Assembly (NCBI GenBank): GCA_002189035.1
Contig: CM007991.1
Location: 1,178,001 to 1,242,000 of the forward strand
Origin: Utricularia gibba
Taxonomy: Eukaryota; Plantae; Magnoliophyta
Direction: 5' to 3'
DNA: 64,000 nt
The position numbers and the translations under genes were made by a program. The notes under the pieces are model-generated. The model was not told the origin of the DNA. It worked only from the letters and a program-made list of their open reading frames with translations, and did no database searches. How positions within the stretch are numbered: position 1 is the first letter of the stretch; the number at the start of each line of letters is the position of its first letter. Below, piece by piece: positions 24,920 through 35,922 of this stretch.

Positions 24920-26694
24920 ATGGCCGCTGCGGTGCGCCCGCTTGTCACCGTACAAGCTCTGGAGAACGAGATGGCCGCCGACGGAGGAGCGTCGGGAAAT
25001 TCTGTTCCTCTTCCCGATGTTATGAAGGCGGCGATCCGACCAGACATTGTTACTTTTGTTCATGATCAGATCTCCAAAAACTCGCGCCAGCCCTACGCTG
25101 TGTCAAAGCGTGCCGGCCATCAGACCTCCGCCGCATCATGGGGCACTGGACGTGCCGTGTCTCGTATTCCTCGTGTCCCTGGTGGTGGCACTCATCGTGC
25201 GGGTCAGGGAGCCTTCGGTAACATGTGTCGGGGTGGTAGAATGTTCGCGCCTACTAAGACCTGGCGTCGTTGGCACAGACGTGTGAACGTGACCCAAAAA
25301 CGGCACGCCGTTGTTTCTGCGATCGCCGCTTCAGCAGTTCCCTCATTGGTGCTTGCCCGTGGTCATAAAATTGAAGAAGTTCCTGAGCTACCCTTGGTTG
25401 TTTCTGATACTGCCGAGGCGGTTGAGAAAACTAGCGCCGCTTTAAAGACTCTCAAGCAGATTGGAGCTCTCCCTGATGCGGATAAGGCTAAGGACAGCCA
25501 GGGTATTCGCCCTGGGAAAGGTAAGATGCGTAATCGTCGCTACATTTCAAGGAAGGGTCCGCTTATTGTTTATGGAACTGAGGGAGCAAAGCTCGTGAAG
25601 GCTTTCCGCAACATACCTGGTGTGGATGTTGCTCATGTTTCTCGTCTGAATCTTTTAAAACTCGCTCCTGGAGGCCACCTTGGAAGGTTTATAGTCTGGA
25701 CAAAGTCAGCTTTTGAGAAATTAGATGAGATTTATGGAACCTTTGACAAGCCTTCGCTGATGAAGAAAGGGTATCTGCTTCCGAGGTCCAAAATGGTGAA
25801 TGCGGACTTGGCAAGAATTATCAATTCAGATGAGGTGCAGTCTGTTGTGAACCCAATTAAGAAGGCCGTGAAGAGAGCTCCTTTGAAGAAGAACCCTTTG
25901 AAGAATCTCAATGTCATGCTGAAGCTGAACCCGTATGCTCAGACTGCGAAGCGAGTGGCGCTCTTGGCCGAGGCGCAGAGGGTGAAGGCTAAGAATGAGA
26001 AACTTGAGAAGAAGAGGAAGTCAATAACAAAGGTAATGTTTTTTTGTAATTCTCATCGTTTCCTGATCCGTAAAATTTACACTAAGATTGAATTTCCATG
26101 TTTTATCCTATCGTTTCTGCATTGGCCATGTCATCGTTTTCTCCTTTTCATGACTCGTCCTTACTCATCAAGATTGGTTTTCTTCTTTTCTCTAAATTTT
26201 GCATAGTTACAATGTCCTTGTCCTTGACTACCTTGTGTGTCCGTGTATCACTTAGTCCTTGTGGATCTCTTTATTCTGGATCTTAATTACTCTTCCACCC
26301 CCAATTCTCTTTATCCCTCAATTGCCACTTGATTCTGGAAACTCTCCACTTGATGCATATAATTCGGTCGCAGTTCCTCTTCTTGAAGCTTTCTTCTACC
26401 ACCTTGCGTCTAAGCTACTCATTGCTTTTTGATTGAGCTTTTATGTTTCGAAATTGGGCTGCAATGAGATTCCATCTTTCTTTTATCTGTGTTCAATGCA
26501 TCATGCTGATGCTGGCTTATTCAAACTAAGAATGGGTTCCACTATTTCCATGCAAATAAATATCTGTTTTCCGCCTGTAGGAGGAAGCCTCAGCCATCAA
26601 ATCCGCTGGAAAATCTTGGTACAAAACCATGATATCAGATAGTGACTACACCGAGTTTGAGAACTTCTCCAAATGGTTAGGCGTCTCGCAGTAA
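24920..26694 (+). CDS. RPL4: 60S ribosomal protein L4 (uL4), copy 1; exons 24920-26032 and 26581-26694
   Basis: [12 protein letters not shown]...RPDIV...[39 protein letters not shown]...[10 protein letters not shown]; exon 2 [37 protein letters not shown]. Confidence 0.98.
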
Positions 26695-27399
26695 TGGCTT
26701 CAAACGGTTGGTTATTATACCCCTTCTGAATCTCCTCTGCTCATTTCCTAATGTGCTTTAAGACATTCACATCTCTATTCTCTGTCGAGCAGCAATCTTT
26801 TACTGTTCTCATCAGAAACATTTAAGCAGGGTAGATAATCATAGCAACACAAGGAGCTCAAACCCGTTTTCAATTCATTCCTTCATCTTCTTATTCTGGA
26901 AGATTAAATTTTCAGACATGATCGTGTTTTGGAAACCTGGACATCGGTTTTCATTGCATTTGGTGCACGAAGTCTCCATACCGTGCCCTGTTTTGTTCAG
27001 ATAAGAATTGCCTCAAGTAGATTCAGCGGTTTGTTGAACCAACCGCCTCCAGTTTCTCTAGTAACATTTTCACCGTCCGTCTGTCGGGCACGCGCCAAGT
27101 CGGTATTGTGTCTATAAATGGATTTGTGATTAATTTTATCAATTCATATTAATAATATTTAAATAATTCAAACCCATCTAATTATAAAATATTAATGTGC
27201 CGTGTTTTTGTTGGCAGGAATGTTTTATTAGGAAATATATCACATTAAAAAAATAAAAATGTTGTCATTCTAGTCTCCAAGGTGGGCCCGCCAGTGCCGT
27301 GGCTCGGCTGGGCGCGCGCCAGAGAGGTGTTTTGTTCTATAAATAACTGTCGCATGAGGCGTCCGTTTGTTTCTAAACAAAAAGAAGGAAGAGTCTACC

Positions 27400-29788
27400 A
27401 TGTCCCTTCTGACAGAGATGTGGAGGTTGGTCACCGGAATCCCTGGTCCGAGCGGCTTCGGCTCCGCCTCCACGGCGGAGATGGTGTCTCGGGACATCGA
27501 CGCTACAAATCTGACTGCCATAATAACAGGTCGGTTTCTTCTACCCCGCTGACACTCGAAACCGTACTCTATCTACAGAGATGCTGTCTTTGTTAGTTCT
27601 CGTTCATGTCCAAACATCTGCTGCTGCACTCGAACCCTCGTAATAGCAGCTCCATATGCTCAAAATCGGCCTTCAACTCCAGCCCCAGTCCCGTTATCGT
27701 GTTATTAGGAAGGCACAGTTTAACCAACCCAACAGTCATAGGAATCCATCCACTTGCTGTGAGAACATGCCACTTTGTTAGAAAACTAACCCAATATTGG
27801 ATAATGAAGACGAGCAATCGGATTACAACGAGAGGTAAGACGTGTTCCGTGACTATAGTTTTTTAAAATGATTTTATTTAACTTTATAGTTTTCAAGTTT
27901 ATCATAAGAAATTATTGAATTTTTTATAAATAATTTAAAAATATATACTATATATCTTAAAATGCATTTATATCTTCGTATTAAATTGTACAATGATTTC
28001 ATCTATCAAACTCTACATTATATAATCTTGACCTAAAGTCATCAGAAGATGAAGAGGGAAATGATAATTACAAATTTGGTAAGGTTTTTTTTTTTTTTCC
28101 TACGATGACACATAAATGCGTTCACCTAGTTGTATGAACACAGTGGCATCCCGGGGGCGGGAACCGTTGGCCTGATTGTACCGAATTGTAGCTATCAAAC
28201 GCAAGTAGTTGAACCAACTCCCTACCAATTTCAGACAACAAACCTACCCACCCGGGGGGGGGGGGGGGGGGGCCTATCTTCCAGCAGACATGACATGGAA
28301 GATATCCTTGTATCAGTTGGGGATCATCTGTGTTGTATCACGGTAATATTACAGATTCTTCTGATACTGTTTCATGGAACGCAGGTGGTGCGAGTGGGAT
28401 TGGATTGGAGACCGCAAGGGTCCTGGCGCAAAGGAATGCGCGAGTTGTGATTGGGGCAAGGAACATGGAAGCTGCAAAAGAAGCTAAGGAGGTTATTGAG
28501 AAGGGGAGCAACTGCAGTGCTCGTGTTCATGTCCTCCAACTTGACCTGAACTCGCTGAAATCCATCAAGTCCTTTGCACAAGGCTTCCTTGCCCTCGATC
28601 TCCCTCTCAACATCCTAATGTATGTCATCCAATCTCGTCTTCTGGTTCTTACAACACCATGCTGCAGCATCGTCTTATGATTCTCAAGTGTCGATGCAGA
28701 AACAACGCCGGCATCATGTTCTGCCCTTTCCAACTCTCCGAAGATGGGATCGAAACGCAGTTCGCCACGAATCATCTCGGTAAAGAAACCATTGTTCGGT
28801 ATAACAAAAAAGAACAACAAGAAGAAGAATTGTACTGATTTTTTCCATTTTTCGGTCTTTGGAAGGTCATTTCTACCTGACGAATCTTCTCGTGGGGAAG
28901 ATGAAGGAAACGGCGGCAAGGTCTGGAATCGAGGGTAGAATAGTAAATTTATCTTCGGTAGCCCACATCTATCCATACCCTGGTGGGTTTGGGTTCGATA
29001 CTATGAATGATGCAAGCAGGTAGTGTGTCTTGTCGGAACCGGTTGAACCGGAAACCGGTCATTTTGTTTGTCTCGGAACTGGGTCGACCGCCGAGCGGTT
29101 AGCGGCTAACATTCTCGTTATGAACCCTGACGTTCTGAACACAGATACGATGAGAAGATGGCGTACGGCCAGTCTAAATTAGCTAACATTCTTCATGCCA
29201 ATGAGCTCTCCCGGAGATTCAAGGCAAAGCTCTCGTCCAACGTGATCGGATTTTCTTCTGGTTAGCTTTGAAATTTGATAGTTTTCTTGATTATTATCTT
29301 CAGGAAGAGGGCGTGAACATCACTGCAAACTCAGTTCATCCAGGCCTTATCATGACCAATCTCTTCAAGTTCAAAGGATGGCTGAGTGAGTAAACACAAT
29401 TCTTTGGATGGAATTCCCGTCCTTTCATTCTTCTTCTTAGCTCCGATGAGGTGCACGGTGTTTACCTGAAGCTAATCAAGGTGGGCATTTTACTTTGCTA
29501 CAGAGATTGTCAAGCTTTTCAGCTGGTTTCTATGGAAGACTGTACCTCAGGTAAACATTTGCCCTTCAGTAAACCGTAATTATTCAATAAAGGTTCATGC
29601 TTCCCGATCAGGGTGCCGCCACAACGTGCTACGTTGCGCTTCACCCGCAAGTAAAAGGCGTATCTGGGAAATACTTCGCGGACTGCGATGTGGCGAACAC
29701 GAGTAGTTTGGCTCAGGACGAAGCACTCGGCAAGAAGTTGTGGGATTTCAGCACCAGGCTGATTGATTCATCAACCACACAAGTATAA
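27400..29788 (+). CDS. Short-chain dehydrogenase/reductase, Tic32-like (8 exons, one GC-AG intron at 29224-29303)
   Basis: [15 protein letters not shown]|GASGIG (Rossmann), [34 protein letters not shown] catalytic Yxxx[34 protein letters not shown]. Confidence 0.95.
28254..28272 (+). repeat. G19 homopolymer in SDR intron 1
   Basis: 19 consecutive G read directly, preceded by CCCACCC. Confidence 0.9.
29032..29060. mobile_element. Possible relic of an AACCGGTTGAACCGG-type eudicot MITE in an SDR intron
   Basis: GTCGGAACCGGTTGAACCGGAAACCGGTC resembles the subterminal motif of a widespread eudicot miniature repeat (recalled). No TIR pair or target-site duplication seen. Confidence 0.3.
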
Positions 29789-30047
29789 ACGTTTCAGCGT
29801 GTTACTTTTTCAGTCCTTGTATCAGATAAACAACACAGTTGCTCATGCTTTCGACGATATTATCGAGTTCGTGCGGAAGCGGCATTGATTAGTGATCAAA
29901 CTCGACGTCACACACATACAACAGGAAACACAACGTACGTCACAATACGAAACCAGAAAACAATCTAACAATCAGTAAACACACTGAACCGGAACATCAC
30001 GAGACACCGGCATTTATTTCATCACGGGGACACCGGCTGCGGTGGCG

Positions 30048-30287
30048 TCACTTCCTTGTCAGAAGTTTGAGGATATGATAATATTTCCCCACCGGTTCTG
30101 ACGGTGGTTGGGGCAGCGGGGGAAGAATCCCACCTTTCGTTTGCGGCGGCAGGGGTGGCGGAGCCGTTAGTACCGGCGGCGATGGCAGGGTTATGATTTC
30201 CTCGGTAAGAGGTCTGGACAAATCGTCCGGGAGACTAAGAATGCTCAAGGAGGGCTGGCGCTGGTGACGGTTTCTGCGGTGAGACAT
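30048..30287 (-). CDS. Small proline-rich protein of unknown function (79 aa)
   Basis: MSHRRNRHQRQPSLSILSLPDDLSRPL followed by a Pro-rich tract; resembles small MSHRR...QPS plant proteins that I recall lying next to this SDR in Arabidopsis. Confidence 0.65.
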   Translation of the reverse strand: MSHRRNRHQRQPSLSILSLPDDLSRPLTEEIITLPSPPVLTAPPPLPPQTKGGILPPLPQPPSEPVGKYYHILKLLTRK

Positions 30288-32144
30288 TTTCTTTTCTTCT
30301 GGTAGCAAGTACATTTTTAAGTCAGAATGTTGGTTGGATACTTATAGGCCCGTTTGGGGATGGGTAGTTATAGGTCTTCGTCTCATATCAAGGTCTATCT
30401 GTGTCATCTCGATTGCTGACACTCCTGTAGTCTAGTGGCATGGATTCTCTGCTAAAAAAAAGAAAGAAAAATGGAGAAGGATAGTATTGCTGAATGTGAT
30501 CATGAACACTGGGATTTTCTTGCAGAAAGTAGTGAAATTTTATCACAGAATGAAATGAAACAGGGATTTCTGCAGCAGTACGAGGTTTCTGGTAAGAGTG
30601 TGCACCGACTGCACGGAAACCGCATCAACATCCGATCATTTAATATGCGTTGATTGCGAGAAGAACAAGTGTTTCTAAAAGAGGCAACACTCCAACAGCC
30701 GACCAGACCAACATTCAATGCACTCTGGTATTGCACTCCTGAGATCAAGCAAATGGAAGCGAAACTGGATCCACTTCTGAGAAACGTCTGTACTTATTTA
30801 CATGTTGGGTGTGGGTGAATCTTAATCCTCTTCATCTTCATTTCAACAACCCCTTGGTGAGCTCGGGCTCACAGTCACCAGTACGTTTCATGGGATGGTG
30901 AAATTGGTGACCAATCATTATCTCCACCGTCGTCCCTGTGGTGTCTCAGGATCAGATGGCGATGTGATCTTTCCACTCCACCACCGCCCTAACCGCCGAA
31001 AACCGCAAAACCGGTAAATCATCTCACCATCAATCCCCCAAGGGAGGAGCGAATTACATGATCATCTGATAAGCAAACGCCTTCCTTACAAAGTGTGCAG
31101 GTATTCACTCTCATTTTGCATCCCCAAAAGATTATGATTTTCCAAACCCATATTTTTGCTGACAGTAGGAATGGAGAAGAGATGGTGCTGGGTGCATGTA
31201 GTCATCTAAATCCCGCATTGGGTTACGGATCTGGACGTGTTTTGGAGCTTTGCGTGGAGCATTTAAAAGCTCTTTCGGTGGATCTCAGATCCAAATGAAT
31301 CAGTACACGTGCCTAAAGAGCTCCCGACGTAAACGTAGAGGCGGGGTACGACGCCCATGTGATCATCCCCCACAGCAAATGCAGTAGTTACTCTCATTTT
31401 GAAGAAGACGAAGCTGAGATCGACCCCTTGAAAGCGAATGTCGGCAGGGATGAAGTCATCTGGGTTTCTCCAAACCAACAACCACGCAGGCATAAGAGAA
31501 AATAATTATTTTTATCATCAAATAATTTTTTATAATAAAAAAATTAAAAAAAATATAACTCTAAATATAACATCTAAATAAAATCTACTTAATATAGTAG
31601 TTATGTGATAGTAAAAAAATATTTACGGGCCGACATTTCGGCCGTTGCCAAAGAGCCCAACCCCACTCCATTGGGCTGAGTGTTCATTGTGCGTTGGGCC
31701 CACCACATGTAAGGCTCTCTCCAGATTCGAAATTCTAATAAAAAATCTATTTTTTAATATAATTTTGTGGAAAAATCGAAAAAAATAATAAATTTATTAT
31801 ATTATTCAAAAAGTTCCAAGAATCCAAAGTGGTACTGCACACGGAGCTTCCCAAGGGCATAATCCAAGTACTAGATATTCAGACTGTTTGTGGTATACTT
31901 CTACCTGCATTTCTTCTTGCAACTACGGCGTACCGACGAAATGTTGTAATAAGCAACACATGATACTATCCAATATTCTAGAACTGCAAACAAGCACGGC
32001 ATCGATCAATCAAAAACAAGAGGATAATGGGGATGGATAGTTCAAGGGGCTATCTCAAACTGAAGAGCCAAGTTTATAGCTGAAAGTTCAAAAAGTGTTG
32101 GTACCGATGCCAACAATTGTAGCAGTTCCGCTGCTTGCTCCTAC

Positions 32145-32743
32145 TCATGTAGAACTAGGTGGTTTAACATTCAAGGATCGTTGAATTATCCGCCCGCTGT
32201 GGGAATCTGTAGCAGTGATCAGCTCCTTTAACCCAGATTCCGAAACTTTTCCCCGGCATTTGCATCGCCATTCACACTCTTGGTATTTGCAAGCAGCTTT
32301 TCGAAGTAATTGCCGTAAATGTACTCCGGAGAATACCCGTTTTCTTCATCAAACAATAGAATATGCCCATGCCACTCCCACACACGGTACCCAGATCTCT
32401 CATCCTCATGAAAACCAACGCAAACGTGGTGCTCACCAAAAGAAACGGCTTGACCTGAATTAGGGTTCAGTTTCTCGAAATCCCCGATTCGTATGGCATG
32501 GATAATCTGCTTCTCCAGCTTGGATTCCTCCTTTATTCGACAAGATTTTGAATCTATCCATTCATCGTCCTCGGAATCTGATCCCGATCCAGTGACGAGC
32601 AGTTCGGAGAGCAATAACTCTTCGAGAGAGTTAACGGCAGAGGACGGTAGCTGATCGGGCCGGAGATGGAGAAGCGACTGTACGAGGAGGTCATCGAAGT
32701 TGGTCGTGGACGAGAGGCCAGAGAAACCGCCGCCGGAGTTCAT
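32145..32743 (-). CDS. Conserved plant protein of unknown function (single exon; apparent 1-nt deletion at 32232-32234)
   Basis: NFDDLLVQSL, EESKLEKQII, PNSGQAV, HHVCVGFHED, YRVWEWHGHILLFDEENGYSPEYIYGNYFE. The conserved tail LKELITATDSHSGRII continues in another frame after NLG. Confidence 0.8.
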
Positions 32744-33131
32744 GGTAACTGAACCCGAAGTCCCAGGTTCAAAAGAGGTTGGAGGTCGTAGATAGGGGTT
32801 CCTTTGTTGGGCCACACACTGGAGTTGCCCATAAGGTCATAACCCAAGCCCCAACCCAACAAATCATAATATTGAATAATCTTTAATTTTATTATTATTA
32901 GGTGTATTATATAAATTTAATATTTTAATAAAATAGCATATTTTAGCTATTGTTCATAAGTTTAACAATACCCCAATAAAAATACAATCAAAATGTGAAA
33001 GCGTTGTACCGTTTTTTGGGGGGTGTGGATTTTGTTTTCGCCGTCTTTCTACTTTGACCTTTGGTATGTGAAACGTGAAAAAGGTTAATCCGCGAAAGCC
33101 AAATTCAGAGAGCAGAAGCACCGGCACCAAG

Positions 33132-34450
33132 CTAGCGCCTCAGGCTTTCCACCACGTAAGCGGCATAAAGCTCCCTGGGCCAAAGTGGAGAGGATAGGAG
33201 TTATCACAAAGGAAGATTCTCTGGAAAAAACGCACCACAGGCCTGAAGGCATTTGAAAGGGCGCTTACATTGAGCGGCGAACAGCTTCCACGGCTTTTTC
33301 GGCAGGGAGAAATTCGTCGACAGCAACCGCCTTGTTCTCATTCTTCTTATCTAGCCTGAGTGTTAAGGATCAGAAGGGTGCCAAGCAGTGAAGTGCCAGT
33401 GGGCTAAATTAGGAAGTTTATTGTGACGATTTATTTCAAAAGGAAGGATACAGTCCTCAAAGAAGCGTCGAATTTCGGCCAAACGGTGAGGTGGGAGCTC
33501 TTTTATGTCGTTGTAGTGCTTATACTCGGGATCATCAGCACAGACAGCAATTATCTTGTCATCTTTCTCTCCCTGAAGCATAGAACAAGCGAACATTCAT
33601 TTTTCTGCATTTTAGGAGTTGGATCAGGATGTAAATCTATCGCGCACCTGGTCAATCATCGGCATCAACCCAATTGCTTTAGCCCTCAGAAAGCATCCTG
33701 GAATAACAGGTTCCTGACCATGTTGCAGAATCTTTAGTAAACAGCAAGAAACTGTCTATCCACGAAACAGATACTGATGAGAGATTCATGAAGCCGAATG
33801 GCAAGTAAGAACTGATTATACCTGCATAATGACCAACACATCCAGCGGGTCACTATCCTCACACAGAGTGCGAGGGACGAAGCCATAGTTATGAGGGTAA
33901 ACGACAGAAGAGTAAAGAACGCGATCAACCTGCAGGTGTCCGGGTGTAAGGGATGTCTACTATATTTTTATATAGTAGCAACTTGCAAGAGAAATCAAGC
34001 AAAACACTGAACCTTGATCAGGCCACTTCTCTTGTCAAGTTCATATTTCACCTTACTTCCCTTGCTAATCTCAACCACCTGAATCATTTGATAAATGAGT
34101 AAACCCAACTGAGAAATAAGGAAACATATAAAAGGAAAAACCACGAACTAAGCCATGCAACTGTATAACAACTAGAATGTGAGAAAACTTCATCTCCTTA
34201 CACAGTTAAAGATTTCTGGTGCACCACCACCTGCATTTGCGTGGCAAAAATCAAAACACAAGCCATAACATGCAATAACGATTCGGATACCAACGCGATT
34301 TTCGATGTATATACCTATCTCCAGATCATGCCAAGGATGAGCAGCAACAGTTTGCCTAGTCATGGACGAGAGTACTCCTTGATTAAGAGACGCATTTGAT
34401 GACTTTTTAACCTTACCAGATTTATCTTGCGTCTCCGGTACCGGAGCCAT
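33132..34450 (-). CDS. Soluble inorganic pyrophosphatase, PPa4-like (8 exons, one U12 intron)
   Basis: [90 protein letters not shown]. Confidence 0.97.
33351..33451 (-). other. U12-type (minor spliceosome) GT-AG intron in the PPase gene
   Basis: 5' site GTATCCTT at 33451, branch site TCCTTAAC at 33369-33362 about 12 nt from the AG, no polypyrimidine tract; splicing restores FFED-Y-KKNENK. Confidence 0.92.
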
Positions 34451-35922
34451 ATCTGCAACCGCGATTCCACAAACACAAGAAAACATAAACAGAAAACTCC
34501 CGGATCCATTAGAAGTAGATCTATGCATGCTTCTCACAACAGATCTATAAGTTCCACAACAAAACCCGACGCATCTACATTCACACCGACAAAAAACCTT
34601 CCAATAACGAAAAACGCACGCTCATGCTCAAAAAAAAAACAAACAACAATCCATGATTCACCTCAAGAACAAACAATTAAACATGTCGTACGTCAAGTTC
34701 ATCGACAACAAACACCACTGAAGCGACAAAAACATCAATAATAGGTAGAAGAAAACCTCAGATCTTCAGAATCGGGAAGAAACAGATGACTTGAGAAGAA
34801 AAGGAAATTGCACTACCGTCTCTGCCTGAATAGGTAGCCTATAAAGCATACGCGTTCCCGCTCTGTTGATGCGCTCAGCTCTGCCATTTTAAAGACTGGT
34901 AGGAATATTAATGAGATTTAAACGAAAAAAGTCTGGTGTATGCCATGGGATATCCTAAACGACGTCGCGTTGGAAAACAGGTGTCTGTTCATGAGTGGAC
35001 GGTTACAACTGCGTAAAGCGTCCGTCGGGTGCAACGTTTTTATATTCGTCTGTCCAGATTCCATGCTTGCCGTATAACTAAGATATTGCTCGGTCACGTT
35101 TTATTTTACAAAAAGTAAGAAACTAAAATAAAAACACAGATTTAGAAACCATTACGTAAAAATGATGTCAAATTGACGCCGTCGCTCATTTCCGCCGGTC
35201 AACGTTATCAGCTTTGAATGCTGAACGATAATTATCTTAATCTGAATAAATAGCATGATTAAATCCGATTTTCTACACAATTATCGACTCATACTTTCTA
35301 TTTCTGTCTGTATATTCTTTACCGCATGATTTACTCGTCAATTATAAAATTCGGATTTAATTACCATATTTCAAAATCACTTTCAACTCATTTTTCAATT
35401 TATTATGGTTTTGAATTAAATTCAATTTATATTAGATTGAATCGAGTAAAGACGCTATAAAAATATTACTTAAATTTAATATTTTCCATAAATTTTTAAT
35501 TTCTTATAAAAATATTAAATAGAATTCAAAAAATCACATAATTAGCCCTCCACACCTATGAATTTAGGAATGACTCCAATAATTCATTATTAGATGATAT
35601 ATTTCAATACACGTAATTTAACTCTTACAATTTTACTCTCCTATTAAATGTACCCTTACAATAGTAGATTTAGAGAGTGTTTAATATTATAGTATATAAT
35701 ATTTATATCTATTTTTTATTAATTAACATATATATATATATCAACTTTTTATAGTTATATTATTCATATATTTGTTATTTGAGTATATGATTAATGTATA
35801 TAAATAAACAGAATAACTAATTATATTTATATTCAAATATCAAACATTATATACAATTAAATATATACATATTACATTGAACTATAATAAAACATACTAA
35901 TACTTTACTATAAAACGATCTT

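Noticed and set aside
28302-28309. ATATCCTT, the AT-AC U12 donor consensus, inside SDR intron 1
   Set aside because: No U12 branch site or AC acceptor downstream; the gene splices fully with the major sites.
33180-33330. Sequence superficially like a plasmid origin or vector
   Set aside because: It is the last intron and exons of the PPase gene on the minus strand.
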